Under the pieces are notes generated by a model. The model was given only the letters and a program-made list of their open reading frames with translations. It did not search any database and had not been told where the DNA came from. From Spirochaetia bacterium (lineage in GTDB: Bacteria; Spirochaetota; Spirochaetia; UBA9216): a stretch of 64,000 nucleotides of DNA. Shown here in pieces: positions 19,004 to 28,980 of the stretch. Within the stretch, counting starts at the first letter, position 1, and each line of letters opens with the position of its first letter. The translations under genes were made by a program, and so were the position numbers. The stretch spans positions 576,001 through 640,000 of the forward strand of contig CAXXYH010000003.1 in assembly GCA_963677925.2 (NCBI GenBank). Reading direction: 5' to 3'.

Positions 19004-19101
19004 TTAGAGCCTGAAGCAATATCAGATGAAGCTCACGCTTCCCTTTAAAGCCTAATCAGGTTATCCTGTAAATACATATCAATTAATCCGGAGGCAGAAT
19101 T

Positions 19102-20439
19102 ATGGAACTTAAAGAAAAACTGAATTTAGAAGAAATGCCTCCGGAAGAACTCAGGGAAGTACTTAACGAAATTCCTCTTGCAGACCTGGTAGAAGGCTGG
19201 CACAGCCTGTCTGACGACGAAGCTCTCAGGGTAATTATGTTTCTGACACTTGACAGCAAAGTAGACCTCATGAATGCACTGTCATACTCAGAACAGGAAA
19301 AACTGATTGAATCACTTTCTGAACAGAGCCTCGGGCAGATTCTCTCCGAGATGGATCCGGACGACCTTACCGACTTTATACAGTCTGTTTCCCCTGAGGT
19401 AAGAAAATCCGCATGGAACAGCCTTAGTGAAGAGGCAAAAAAAGAAACCTTATTCCTTTTAAGATTTGACGAAGATGACGCCGCGGGACTGATGACCCCC
19501 CGCTATCTGGCTGTCCGTGCCGGAACCAGCGTGGCTCAGGCAATAAGTTTTGTACGCCGCGCTGCTGTAGAAGTAGAAACCGTTTACTATATCTATGTGC
19601 TTGATAATCTTCAGAGGCTCTCAGGTGTAGTATCCCTTAGGGAACTGCTTACAGCAAATGATGACAAAAAGCTCAGCGAGATAATGGAAACAAACTATGT
19701 TTCAGTACGTGAAGAAACAGACCAGGAAGAGGTAGCTAAAACCCTTGAAGCCTATGACCTCATAGCTCTCCCTGTAGTCGACAGCCGCAACCAGATGCTG
19801 GGTATTGTAACATTCGATGATATCATCGACGTTATCCGTGAGGAGCATACCGAGGATACCTACAAGATGGGAGCCATGGACGGTAACATTGATCCATATC
19901 TTGATACATCGGTATGGGGACTTGTCAAAAAAAGAGTTCCCTGGCTGATTATCCTGCTTATTCTCGGAACTATTTCTACAAATGTTGTCGATCATTACAA
20001 CCATCTGATTACATCTGCAGCATTTCTGTTTGTATTCATGCCCGTAATAACACAGACCGGAGGCAATTCGGGAAGCCAGTCATCCACGCTGATGATTCGA
20101 GGTCTTGCGACCGGAGAGATTTACCCCAGAGATGCAGGAAGAGTCCTTTTGAAGGAACTGCTTGTCGGTCTGCTGATGGGAGTTATTACAGGATGCGTCA
20201 TTCTGCTTCGAAGCTACTTCCTTCCGCCTGGAATAGGTTTCTACCAGGCTGTGACGATAGGAGCCTCACTCGGCTTTGTAGTGCTGTTTTCTTCGATGGT
20301 GGGAATAATTGCACCGCTGCTCATCAGCAGACTGGGCTTTGACCCGACAGTTATGTCCGCCCCGCTGATGGCAACAGTCATCGATGTAGCCGGCCTCACA
20401 ATCTATTTTGAGATTGCAAGGCACATGCTTAATTTATAG
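19102..20439 (+). CDS. mgtE: Magnesium transporter MgtE
   Basis: N-domain, CBS pair, R.PWL, GGNSGSQ, DP...SAPL..T..DV. Confidence 0.96.
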   Translation: MELKEKLNLEEMPPEELREVLNEIPLADLVEGWHSLSDDEALRVIMFLTLDSKVDLMNALSYSEQEKLIESLSEQSLGQILSEMDPDDLTDFIQSVSPEVRKSAWNSLSEEAKKETLFLLRFDEDDAAGLMTPRYLAVRAGTSVAQAISFVRRAAVEVETVYYIYVLDNLQRLSGVVSLRELLTANDDKKLSEIMETNYVSVREETDQEEVAKTLEAYDLIALPVVDSRNQMLGIVTFDDIIDVIREEHTEDTYKMGAMDGNIDPYLDTSVWGLVKKRVPWLIILLILGTISTNVVDHYNHLITSAAFLFVFMPVITQTGGNSGSQSSTLMIRGLATGEIYPRDAGRVLLKELLVGLLMGVITGCVILLRSYFLPPGIGFYQAVTIGASLGFVVLFSSMVGIIAPLLISRLGFDPTVMSAPLMATVIDVAGLTIYFEIARHMLNL

Positions 20440-20448
20440 TATCTTTTA

Positions 20449-21672
20449 TCAGGATTTAAGAAGCATCCACACCTTGTCTCCGAATATCAGATCATAGGTG
20501 TCAATAGCTATCTGAAGTTCCTCGTTTGTAGGCATGATAATAATCGAGACAGGCGAATAATCCATTGATACAATGCCGGGAGCCGAACCGTTCTGCTTGT
20601 TCTTTTCGTAATCCATGAAGATTCCGATATTCTCAAGCTGATGACAGATCATCTCTCTGGTTTTAACATCATTCTCACCTATTCCGCCTGTAAAAATCAG
20701 TGCGTCAAGCTTGATCAGGTTCGCGGCATAGGCGCCGATGTACTGCCGAATCTTGTGAGCAAAAACCTCAAGTGCTTCCTGGGCATTCTGATTACCGCTT
20801 TCGGCAGCCTTGTGAAGATCACGCATATCATTTGAAACACCCGAAAGCCCCAGAAGGCCGCTTTCCTTGTTGAGCATTTTGTTAAGCTGTTCGGGTGTAT
20901 ACCCCTTATCCATCAGGAACATAAGAATCTGCGGATCTATATCACCGCTTCGGGTTCCCATAACAAGACCTTCGAGAGGTGTAAAACCCATTGAAGTTTC
21001 AACAGATTTTCCTGATTTTATTGCGGTGATTGATGCGCCATTTCCGAGATGGGCTGAGATTACATTTGTATTTTCAACTGATCTTTTCATCAGTTTAACA
21101 GCTTCATTTGAAACATAGCGGTGACTGGTTCCATGGAAACCGTAGCGCCTTATTCTATATTTATCGTAGAGCTCACGAGGTAATCCGTAAAGGTATGAGG
21201 AAGGAGCAAGTGTCTGGTGAAAAGCAGTATCAAATACTGCAACCTGCTTTACTCCCGGAAGCATCTCCATAGCCTCCTTTATGCCGGTAAGGTTGGCCGG
21301 ATTATGCAGAGGCGCAAGTTCAATATTTTTTTCTATTGCTTTAATTACATCATCATCAATTATTACTGATGTTGCATAATCTTCTCCGCCATGTACAGTT
21401 CGGTGGCCTACACCGGTAATTTCAGAAATATTATTGAGAATTCCCTTCTCCGGATCAGTGAGTGCATCTTTGACCAGAGCCATGGCTGCTGAATGATCAG
21501 GAAGCGGCTGCCTAATCTCAATGACGCCTTTTTCTGATTTCTGGGTTATAATACCTTCATCCGAACCGATTCGCTCGACTAAGCCCTTTCCGAGACTTTT
21601 TCTGTCAGGCATCGCATATACTTCATACTTAAGCGACGAGCTGCCGCAATTGATAACAAGTAGTTTTTCCAT
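20449..21672 (-). CDS. ackA: Acetate kinase (copy 1)
   Basis: VINCGSSSLK, GHR.VHGG, APLHN, FDTAFH, RRYGFHGTSH, HLGNGAS, TNEE. Confidence 0.95.
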   Translation of the reverse strand: MEKLLVINCGSSSLKYEVYAMPDRKSLGKGLVERIGSDEGIITQKSEKGVIEIRQPLPDHSAAMALVKDALTDPEKGILNNISEITGVGHRTVHGGEDYATSVIIDDDVIKAIEKNIELAPLHNPANLTGIKEAMEMLPGVKQVAVFDTAFHQTLAPSSYLYGLPRELYDKYRIRRYGFHGTSHRYVSNEAVKLMKRSVENTNVISAHLGNGASITAIKSGKSVETSMGFTPLEGLVMGTRSGDIDPQILMFLMDKGYTPEQLNKMLNKESGLLGLSGVSNDMRDLHKAAESGNQNAQEALEVFAHKIRQYIGAYAANLIKLDALIFTGGIGENDVKTREMICHQLENIGIFMDYEKNKQNGSAPGIVSMDYSPVSIIIMPTNEELQIAIDTYDLIFGDKVWMLLKS

Positions 21673-21721
21673 CTCATGCTCCTGTTTGCGTTAACTTTCT
21701 GTACTTTTTTTACTTTAAAGG

Positions 21722-21750
21722 ATTGTAAACCCAATGTTTTATTTGTTCAA
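21722..21750 (-). promoter_or_regulatory. Sigma70-type promoter of ackA copy 1, flanked by a repeated 12-bp box
   Basis: TTGAAC-17-TACAAT on the minus strand; TGTACTTTTTTT at 21700-21711 and 21759-21770. Confidence 0.55.
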
Positions 21751-21799
21751 TGAATTATTGTACTTTTTTTCACTAATTGAATATTTGTCTACTTTTGAC

Positions 21800-23224
21800 T
21801 CAACTCCTGAAACTAAGTTTAAAAAAAGGATTAAAGCCGTTCGAGTCTAAATGTTCTGCTGATTCGGGAATGATGTCAAGGCCGATATCAGCTTCAACAC
21901 TATATCTTTCACTGCTGAACTCATTTTTTATACTTAAATTATAATTTTCAGTCTCTGCGCACTCTCCATTAAAATCCAGAACTGCTTCGACAGTAAATTC
22001 TGTATCAACTATGTCAGCAAAAACAGTGAATAATGCATATGCTGTTATTTCACTGCTGAATCCGCCGTCTGATTCAAGTTCTGAAAAATACCGACCACCG
22101 CTACCTAATCCGCAGAAACCTATGCTGTAATAAATAGAACTGTTTACACTGTAAGAATCCGTTTTACTGCCGTTACCGAAATAATTTACTTTTTTATACG
22201 CTTCTGTAATCATCGAGAAAGCCTCGGAATTCAGTTGTATTTTAGCTGAAACCTTTCTATCACCTGGAAGCTGGATAGAAGGAATTAACTGTTCTGCTGA
22301 ATTCTGAGTTAAATAGGAAACTGAAGAATCAAGTTCAAGTCCTGAAAGCTTGACCGAACTGTAAATACCTGCGCCTCCAGCCAGGCTGTCAGCAGCAGAA
22401 TCTCCATCCGGTCTGATAAAGGTCCTTCCCGACCATACAGCATTTAACCTGACATTGAGTAACCGGCTGCCTGCAGAAAAATAGCCTGAACAGCTGTATC
22501 CCTTATCTGTCTTTTCGGGAAAGGATCCGCCGGCTGATAAATCAAACATCAATGCCGGACTATCACTCTCTGCAGGATTCACAAGTGATGTATTCCGGCC
22601 CGGCGGGAAGGACATTGAAACACCTGCCCTCATAAAGAGTATATACTGCTGAGGCAGCCTTGCATAATCCGCAAACCAGGTATCATCAGCAGCTAAAGCC
22701 GGGGTCAGCCCGACAGCTGCTGTCAGAAAGCTTTCGAATACGGAAGCAGTACCAATTTCAAACTGCAATGGATGTACCATGCCCCCGGCATTGATCGATT
22801 TATTATTAAAACGGAGCAGCCATGCGTTACTGCCTTCGGTTTCAAATGCAAGCCCGAACATGGAAGAACGGCTAAAAGACGATGTAGCAGTCCAACCGCT
22901 TCGGGTAAACTCTTTTGTACCGGAGAGGGAAACACTGCCGGGATTAAAAAACCTGGAGAGCTGACCGGTGTACTTCAGCCTGCCGGCAGTAATATAAGGG
23001 CCTGAATATCCTGCTTCAGCAAAATCAAAATTACCGTTTTCAAAAGAGGATAGAATAAAAAAAAGTCCGTCTCCTTCATCAGCTCTGTAGCGGGCCCTAA
23101 ACAATCCGCTGCTGTCCAGCCCGGCATATATACTTTCAGAATCTGCATAAACAATCTGATGAAATATACATAATACAAGAATGAAAAGGATAATCTTTTT
23201 AACCAGGGAAAGCCGAATCATCAA
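21800..23224 (-). CDS. Exported hypothetical protein, possible outer-membrane beta-barrel
   Basis: Signal peptide; many alternating hydrophobic/polar strands rich in S, G, F and Y. Confidence 0.6.
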   Translation of the reverse strand: MMIRLSLVKKIILFILVLCIFHQIVYADSESIYAGLDSSGLFRARYRADEGDGLFFILSSFENGNFDFAEAGYSGPYITAGRLKYTGQLSRFFNPGSVSLSGTKEFTRSGWTATSSFSRSSMFGLAFETEGSNAWLLRFNNKSINAGGMVHPLQFEIGTASVFESFLTAAVGLTPALAADDTWFADYARLPQQYILFMRAGVSMSFPPGRNTSLVNPAESDSPALMFDLSAGGSFPEKTDKGYSCSGYFSAGSRLLNVRLNAVWSGRTFIRPDGDSAADSLAGGAGIYSSVKLSGLELDSSVSYLTQNSAEQLIPSIQLPGDRKVSAKIQLNSEAFSMITEAYKKVNYFGNGSKTDSYSVNSSIYYSIGFCGLGSGGRYFSELESDGGFSSEITAYALFTVFADIVDTEFTVEAVLDFNGECAETENYNLSIKNEFSSERYSVEADIGLDIIPESAEHLDSNGFNPFFKLSFRS

Positions 23225-23347
23225 AGATAAAAACCATGATAAGTCGTTGCTGATTCATTCTTTACATCACAACCGCTTGAAAATCTCCGGGTTTTATGTA
23301 TGATTTAATTATACATAAATTAACTGAAAATCCTTAGGAGGAAATCA

Positions 23348-24718
23348 TTGGTAATATTAACCCTTAACTGTGGTAGTTCTTCGTTGAAATATCAGCTCTA
23401 TGACTGGGACAACACTGAAACCCTGGCTGCAGGAAATATTGAGAGAGTCGGAATCGAAGGTTCTTTTATCAAACATGAAGCAAAGGACCATGATGAAGTA
23501 AAAATCGAAAGAGACTGCCCCACACACAAAGAGGCAATGGATCTGCTCATTGAATCTATCCTGCACCCTGAACACGGTGCTGTAAAATCTATTGATGAAA
23601 TAAAGGCTGTCGGACACAGAGTTGTGCATGGCGGAGAGAAATTTGCAAAATCTGTAATCATCGATCAGGAAACTATTGATACCTTCAGGCAGCTTGAAAA
23701 GCTTGCACCTCTTCACATTCCTGCAAACCTTACCGGCATTGAATGTGCGATGGAGGTCCTTCCGAACGTTAAACACTGTGCAATCATGGATACTGCATGG
23801 CACCAGACTATGCCTGAGAGCAGCTTTATCTATGCTCTGCCGCACAGCTGGTATGAGAAATACGGCGTTAGAAGATACGGCTTTCACGGAACATCATTCC
23901 TTTACACTACAAAAAGAGCAGCTGCACTTCTTGGCAAGGACCCTTTTGAAACAAACCTTGTTATTGCCCATATTGGAAACGGCGCAAGCTGTAATGCTGT
24001 TAAAAACGGCTGTTCCTTCGATACTTCAATGGGTCTTACTCCGCTTGAGGGTCTTGTAATGGGAACAAGAAGCGGCGACATCGACCCTGCTATCCCCTTC
24101 TTCATAATGGAGAAAACCGGCATGAGCGCCGAGGAAGTTGAAAAGGCACTCAACAAGGAAAGCGGTGTTCTCGGCATCACTGAAAAGTGGGTTGACAGAC
24201 GCGACATTGAAATTGCCGCTGAAGAAGGCAACAAGAGAGCCATCCTCTGTCAGGCAATTGAAGCATACAGAATCAAAAAATATATCGGAGCTTATTCAGC
24301 TGCTATCGGAGGAGCTGATGCAATTGTTTTCACTGCAGGTGTTGGTGAAAGAGGTCCAATTACACGAGCTCTTGCATGTGAGGGTCTTGAGTATATGGGA
24401 ATCAAGATTGATCCCGCTAAGAACAAAGCATCAATGACAAGAAACGCCGAAACATGCATCAGTGCAGATGATTCTAAAGTTAAGGTATTCGTTATTCCTA
24501 CCAACGAAGAGCTTGTTATGACCGAAGATACGTATGCCCTTCTTGAAGGAACCTACGATGTACACACAAAGTACACCTACCATTTTGAGCATGCTGACTA
24601 TGTTAACAAGGAAAGAGAAGCAGGACTTCCAAAAGATCTTAAGAAATGGAACGGTCTTGATAAGGCTATAGTAACACCACCCAAGAAAAAGGGCGGATGC
24701 TGCTGCGGCGACTGTTAA
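23348..24718 (+). CDS. ackA: Acetate kinase (copy 2, long C-terminal form)
   Basis: LNCGSSSLK, GHRVVHGG, RRYGFHGTS, HIGNGAS, TNEE. TTG start after AGGAGG. Ends GGCCCGDC. Confidence 0.95.
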   Translation: MVILTLNCGSSSLKYQLYDWDNTETLAAGNIERVGIEGSFIKHEAKDHDEVKIERDCPTHKEAMDLLIESILHPEHGAVKSIDEIKAVGHRVVHGGEKFAKSVIIDQETIDTFRQLEKLAPLHIPANLTGIECAMEVLPNVKHCAIMDTAWHQTMPESSFIYALPHSWYEKYGVRRYGFHGTSFLYTTKRAAALLGKDPFETNLVIAHIGNGASCNAVKNGCSFDTSMGLTPLEGLVMGTRSGDIDPAIPFFIMEKTGMSAEEVEKALNKESGVLGITEKWVDRRDIEIAAEEGNKRAILCQAIEAYRIKKYIGAYSAAIGGADAIVFTAGVGERGPITRALACEGLEYMGIKIDPAKNKASMTRNAETCISADDSKVKVFVIPTNEELVMTEDTYALLEGTYDVHTKYTYHFEHADYVNKEREAGLPKDLKKWNGLDKAIVTPPKKKGGCCCGDC

Positions 24719-24738
24719 GTCATCCTGTTTATTAAATC

Positions 24739-24777
24739 AAAAGGCTGAGAGGATTGTTTCCTGCTCAGCCTTTTTTT
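24739..24777 (+). terminator. Rho-independent terminator (probably bidirectional)
   Basis: AAAAGGCTGAG...CTCAGCCTTTT hairpin with a T run, between convergent ackA and metA. Confidence 0.8.
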
Positions 24778-25675
24778 ATATATCGAAAGGTGTATCCAGG
24801 TATATCTTTTTTACCCACTGTGTAAAAAACTCCAGTCCGTGAGCCCGCCAGTTGTTTACCATGTTTTCACGGCTGATATTCTCAGGCGGAACCATACCTT
24901 CCACTCCGGCGGCAATATCGCGGTCATACTCCTCCCAGAGCCTGTTTGTCGGATATTCAGGATGTCCAAGATGCATCATAAACTTGGAGTCGCTGCTTTC
25001 AAATATGGTATATCCGGCTTTGTCAGAATATCCAAGCAGATTTAATTTACCCTCAGCAGCGGCTTTCTCCAGAGCCTCATCAGGAATTCCGGCATTCCGG
25101 CTCTGTGGACAATAGAAAACATCATCCATCTCACCGGTTATTCTATTACCCAGATCGAGGTTTCTGATAGGGTAAACTCCGAAAAGCTTTCGGTTGTAGT
25201 TAATCTTGTCAATTCCCAGAAATTTCGACAGAGCAAGCCCGCCCCAGCATATTCCCAGAGTTCCTGCAAAATGCTCCCTGGAATATTTCAGGATCTCAGT
25301 AAGTTCATTCCAGTATGTAACATCCTCAAATTCGTATTCCTCTACCGGCGCACCGGTTACTATTATCCCGTCAAATCCCCTGTCCTTTACAGCCTCATCA
25401 AAATTGATATAAAGCTTTGCAAGATGACTCTGGTTTGAGCTTGAATATGAATGAGTATGAAGCTTAAGCCATACAGGCTCTATTTGAATTATCGAACGGC
25501 CGAGAGGAAACAGAATATTATATTCGTACGCCTCTGCCTTTGGCATAATATTCAGTATTCCGATACGGAGTGGCCGGATATCCTGGGATTCGGAGGCCGC
25601 CCTCGTTATACAGTGTATTTTTCGATCTTCAAGAGCCTTTCTGGCATGATAATCTTCAGGCAGAATTATTGACAT
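24776..25675 (-). CDS. metA: Homoserine O-acyltransferase, MetA family (predicted acetyltransferase)
   Basis: QDIRPLRIGILNIMP, TGAPVE, ICWG, GHPEY. Confidence 0.93.
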   Translation of the reverse strand: MSIILPEDYHARKALEDRKIHCITRAASESQDIRPLRIGILNIMPKAEAYEYNILFPLGRSIIQIEPVWLKLHTHSYSSSNQSHLAKLYINFDEAVKDRGFDGIIVTGAPVEEYEFEDVTYWNELTEILKYSREHFAGTLGICWGGLALSKFLGIDKINYNRKLFGVYPIRNLDLGNRITGEMDDVFYCPQSRNAGIPDEALEKAAAEGKLNLLGYSDKAGYTIFESSDSKFMMHLGHPEYPTNRLWEEYDRDIAAGVEGMVPPENISRENMVNNWRAHGLEFFTQWVKKIYLDTPFDI

Positions 25676-26956
25676 CTATTTTCCCGCCTTCAATGCCTGA
25701 TCGAGATCAGCAATTATATCATCCGGATGTTCAATTCCAATTGAGAGTCTGATCAGATCAACAGGGATACCTGCAAGCTTCTGGTCATCTTCTGAAAGCT
25801 GACCATGTGTTGTACTTGCGGGATGTATGGCAAGACTCTTGGCATCACCTACATTTGCAAGATGGGAGAATAGTTTCAGACTGTTGATGAACGAAGCCCC
25901 CGCTTTTAAGCCTCCCTTAACACCGAATACAACCATTCCGCCGAAACCGTGTTCAAACTGAGTCTTCGCATTCTCATGTGCGGGGTCACCGGGGAGTCCG
26001 GGATATCTGACCCAGTCAACCTGGGGATGATTTTTAAGAAATTCTGCAACCTTCAAAGCATTGCTGCAGTGCCTGTCCATTCTGAGAGGAAGAGTCTCCA
26101 ATCCCTGAAGAAAGAGCCAGGCATTATCAGGGCTGATACAGGCACCGAGATTTCTAAGCGGAATCAGTCTCATCCTAAGTATGAATGCAAGGAAATTACG
26201 CTCTCCCAAATCTGTGGCGAACTTGAGTCCATGATATCCGGGATCGGGCTCGTTATAAAGGCGGAACTTTTTATCGGCCCAGTCAAAACTGCCGGCATCT
26301 ACCACAATACCTCCGATTGCAGCACCGTGACCGCCGAGCCACTTTGTAAGCGAATGAATAACAATATCTGCACCGTGTTCAATAGGTCTGAAAACATAGG
26401 GAGTAGTAAATGTTGCATCAACAACCAGGGGAAGGTTATGTTTTTTAGCTACCTCTGATACTGCTTTCAGGTTTACAACATCGAGAGAGGGGTTTCCAAT
26501 CGCCTCTACATATATCATCCTGGTTGCCGGGGTAATTGCCTTCTCAAAATCAGCAGCTTCCTGCCCTTCCGTAAAGTTCACTTTAATCCCGAGTTCAGGC
26601 AGAATACTGCTGAACATTGTAAAAGTGCCTCCGTAAAGATTGCCGGAGCTTACAATTTCATCTCCGTTTCCGCAGATATTAATTGCTGTATAAAAGATTG
26701 CAGATGTACCGGATGAGAGTGCCAGTGCAGCAGCGCCACCTTCAAGAGCTGCAACCCGCTGTTCAAGTACGTCCTGAGTGGGATTTCCAAGTCTCGTATA
26801 GATATTACCGTCTTCCTGCAGACCGAAAAGATTAGCTGCATGCTCTGTGTTCCTGAATAAATAGGCAGCAGTACGATGCAGAGGAACTGCCCTTGCACCT
26901 GTTTCATCTACTTTCTGTCCGCCGTGTATGCTTATTGTTTCAAATTTGTAACTCAT
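25676..26956 (-). CDS. metY: O-acetylhomoserine sulfhydrylase
   Basis: IYTRLGNPT, HSLTKW.GGHG (PLP Lys), HLANVGDAKSLAIHPASTTH, RLSIGIE. Confidence 0.93.
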   Translation of the reverse strand: MSYKFETISIHGGQKVDETGARAVPLHRTAAYLFRNTEHAANLFGLQEDGNIYTRLGNPTQDVLEQRVAALEGGAAALALSSGTSAIFYTAINICGNGDEIVSSGNLYGGTFTMFSSILPELGIKVNFTEGQEAADFEKAITPATRMIYVEAIGNPSLDVVNLKAVSEVAKKHNLPLVVDATFTTPYVFRPIEHGADIVIHSLTKWLGGHGAAIGGIVVDAGSFDWADKKFRLYNEPDPGYHGLKFATDLGERNFLAFILRMRLIPLRNLGACISPDNAWLFLQGLETLPLRMDRHCSNALKVAEFLKNHPQVDWVRYPGLPGDPAHENAKTQFEHGFGGMVVFGVKGGLKAGASFINSLKLFSHLANVGDAKSLAIHPASTTHGQLSEDDQKLAGIPVDLIRLSIGIEHPDDIIADLDQALKAGK

Positions 26957-27095
26957 ATATATCTCCTGTTTTCCAGTGTAATAATCATACTTTTATTATT
27001 CGTTATTCAAACAGAAAGTCAAGTCTACTAATATGAGTAATTTGGTAATATTTAAGAAAAAATTAAAACAAAAGGCAAATTAACTAAAAAAATGA

Positions 27096-27230
27096 TTATC
27101 GGGCCAGGTGAACAGTGGTAGGAGTATCGTTTGAACGATCTGCAATTTCAGGAAGTTTTTCGGCAGAAAAAGTAACTATAAAGCCGGCAGCAAGTACAAT
27201 CAGTGCGGCAGTAATAACTCTTTTAAACAT
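27096..27230 (-). CDS. 44-aa predicted secreted peptide (not in the ORF track)
   Basis: MFKRVITAALIVLAAGFIVTFSAEKLPEIADRSNDTPTTVHLAR*, with a GAGG SD and its own promoter. Signal-peptide-like N-terminus. Confidence 0.65.
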   Translation of the reverse strand: MFKRVITAALIVLAAGFIVTFSAEKLPEIADRSNDTPTTVHLAR

Positions 27231-27250
27231 TCGTTTCCTCATTTGTATAG

Positions 27251-27279
27251 ATCTTACCTCAAAGTGAACAATATTTCAA
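27251..27279 (-). promoter_or_regulatory. Sigma70-type promoter of the 44-aa peptide gene
   Basis: TTGAAA-17 nt-TAAGAT on the minus strand. Confidence 0.6.
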
Positions 27280-27298
27280 GTCTGAAAAGAAAACTTTG

Positions 27299-27853
27299 CT
27301 ATTTTTGAATAGTACCGTTATGAATTTTTTCAGCAGTTTCCCTGTCTACAAGAACACTGATGATTTCAAAAGCAAACTCGGCTGCGGTACCGGCACCTCT
27401 TGCTGTGATAAGATTACCGTCAGCAACAACACGGCTGTCACTGAATTTAACATCAGAAGCAAATTTCTGTTCAAAACCGGGATAGCATGTTGCAGTCTTG
27501 CCGGAAAGGACTCCGGCAGAGTTAAGAACCACAGCTGGAGCAGCACAGATTGCCGCTACCAGCTTTTTGGCCTTCGCCATTTCAGAGATAATTCTGTTCG
27601 CATCGGCATCTGCTGCTATATTTGAGGCTCCGGGCATTCCGCCTGGAACCACTACTCCATCAAAATCTTCAGAGGATAGTGAAGCATCAAGTACAGTATC
27701 TGCAGAAATTTTTATATTATGAGCCCCGGTTATTACATTACCGCCAATACCGGCAGTAATAACCTCGATATCGGCTCTCCGCAGAAAATCAATGGGTGTA
27801 ACAGCCTCAACCTCTTCAAAGCCTTCAGCCAGAAACAGAATTACCCTCTTCAT
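27299..27853 (-). CDS. DJ-1/ThiJ/YajL family protein
   Basis: GFEEVEA..P.D.LRRA, VPGG.PG, AICAAP, ITARG.G. Confidence 0.93.
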   Translation of the reverse strand: MKRVILFLAEGFEEVEAVTPIDFLRRADIEVITAGIGGNVITGAHNIKISADTVLDASLSSEDFDGVVVPGGMPGASNIAADADANRIISEMAKAKKLVAAICAAPAVVLNSAGVLSGKTATCYPGFEQKFASDVKFSDSRVVADGNLITARGAGTAAEFAFEIISVLVDRETAEKIHNGTIQK

Positions 27854-28914
27854 ACAGAAACTCCTTCCATTATTTTACCGACCTGTGCATATGCATATTC
27901 CATCATTTCTTCAGTTGTTTCCCAGCTGACGCATTCATCAGTTATTGAAACACCGTATGCAAGTTTGCTTTTATCCTCGGGAATCTTCTGACAGCCTTCA
28001 TAAAGGTTGCTTTCTATCATGAAGCCCTTAATACCGGGATGTCTTGTCCGCTGTTCAAGCAGGGCCCTGAGAACTCGAAACTGCTTCTGGTGAGTCTTTC
28101 CGGAATTAGCATGACTGCAGTCGACAAGGATAGAAGGCTGCAGACCTGCATCAGCAAAAAGAGCCTCAGCATCTTCAACTGTTTCTTCGTAGTAATTCGG
28201 ACCAACCTTTCCTCCCCGGAGGATAAGATGAACCGAGTCGTTACCGGCGGTGCTCAGGATACAGGTTCTGCCCTCATCATCTATACCCAGAAAACTGTGC
28301 GGATGTCTTGAAGACTGGATAGCATTCATTGCAGTATCCAGACTGCCGTCAGTTCCATTCTTGAATCCGACAGGCATTGAAAGCCCGCTGACCATGTTTC
28401 GGTGTGTCTGACTCTCGGTAGTTCTTGCACCCACGGCTGCCCAGCTGAGCAGTTCAGACATATACTGCGGAATAATAGGATCGAGCATCTCGGTGGCAGT
28501 CGGCATTCCCATATCTGTGAGTTTAAGCAGTATTTTTCTAGCCCGGCGTATTCCCTGATTTATGTTGTATGATCCGTCAAGATCAGGGTCGATAATAAGC
28601 CCGCGCCATCCGATTGTAGTACGGGGCTTTTCAAAATAAACCCTCATTGCAATATATAATCTGTCCTGATATTTAATTCTCAGTTTATTGAGCTTCTCGG
28701 CATATTCATAAGCTGCTGCTTCATCATGTATTGAGCATGGACCTGCAATTGCAAGCATTCTCTGATCGTTTCCGTGCAGTATATCATTGATAATGTTGCG
28801 GCTTTCAAAAACGGTTTCTGTACATTTATCTGTTACAGGGAATTCATTTTTAAGTTCATTTGGTGTAATGGCTGTTTCTTCACTGATGATTCTCAGGTTA
28901 TTTGTTTGTCTCAT
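27850..28914 (-). CDS. 3-deoxy-7-phosphoheptulonate (DAHP) synthase, class I-alpha
   Basis: GPCSIH, RVYFEKPRTT, GARTTESQ, GFKNGTDG, VDCSHANS, GVSITDEC. Isozyme (aroF/G/H) not resolvable. Confidence 0.95.
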   Translation of the reverse strand: MRQTNNLRIISEETAITPNELKNEFPVTDKCTETVFESRNIINDILHGNDQRMLAIAGPCSIHDEAAAYEYAEKLNKLRIKYQDRLYIAMRVYFEKPRTTIGWRGLIIDPDLDGSYNINQGIRRARKILLKLTDMGMPTATEMLDPIIPQYMSELLSWAAVGARTTESQTHRNMVSGLSMPVGFKNGTDGSLDTAMNAIQSSRHPHSFLGIDDEGRTCILSTAGNDSVHLILRGGKVGPNYYEETVEDAEALFADAGLQPSILVDCSHANSGKTHQKQFRVLRALLEQRTRHPGIKGFMIESNLYEGCQKIPEDKSKLAYGVSITDECVSWETTEEMMEYAYAQVGKIMEGVSV

Positions 28915-28980
28915 AATGAGTTCAGGTTACCTTAAAATCAGTTTTGAAACAAGGAATATGAAGTTTATAATCTGGTTATA

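Noticed and set aside
19004-19101. Possible M-box riboswitch upstream of mgtE
   Set aside because: Only about 100 nt and no recognisable structure.
26957-27095. Possible SAM riboswitch or T-box upstream of metY
   Set aside because: Very AT-rich, with no recognisable conserved helices or terminator; only a plain promoter-like sequence.
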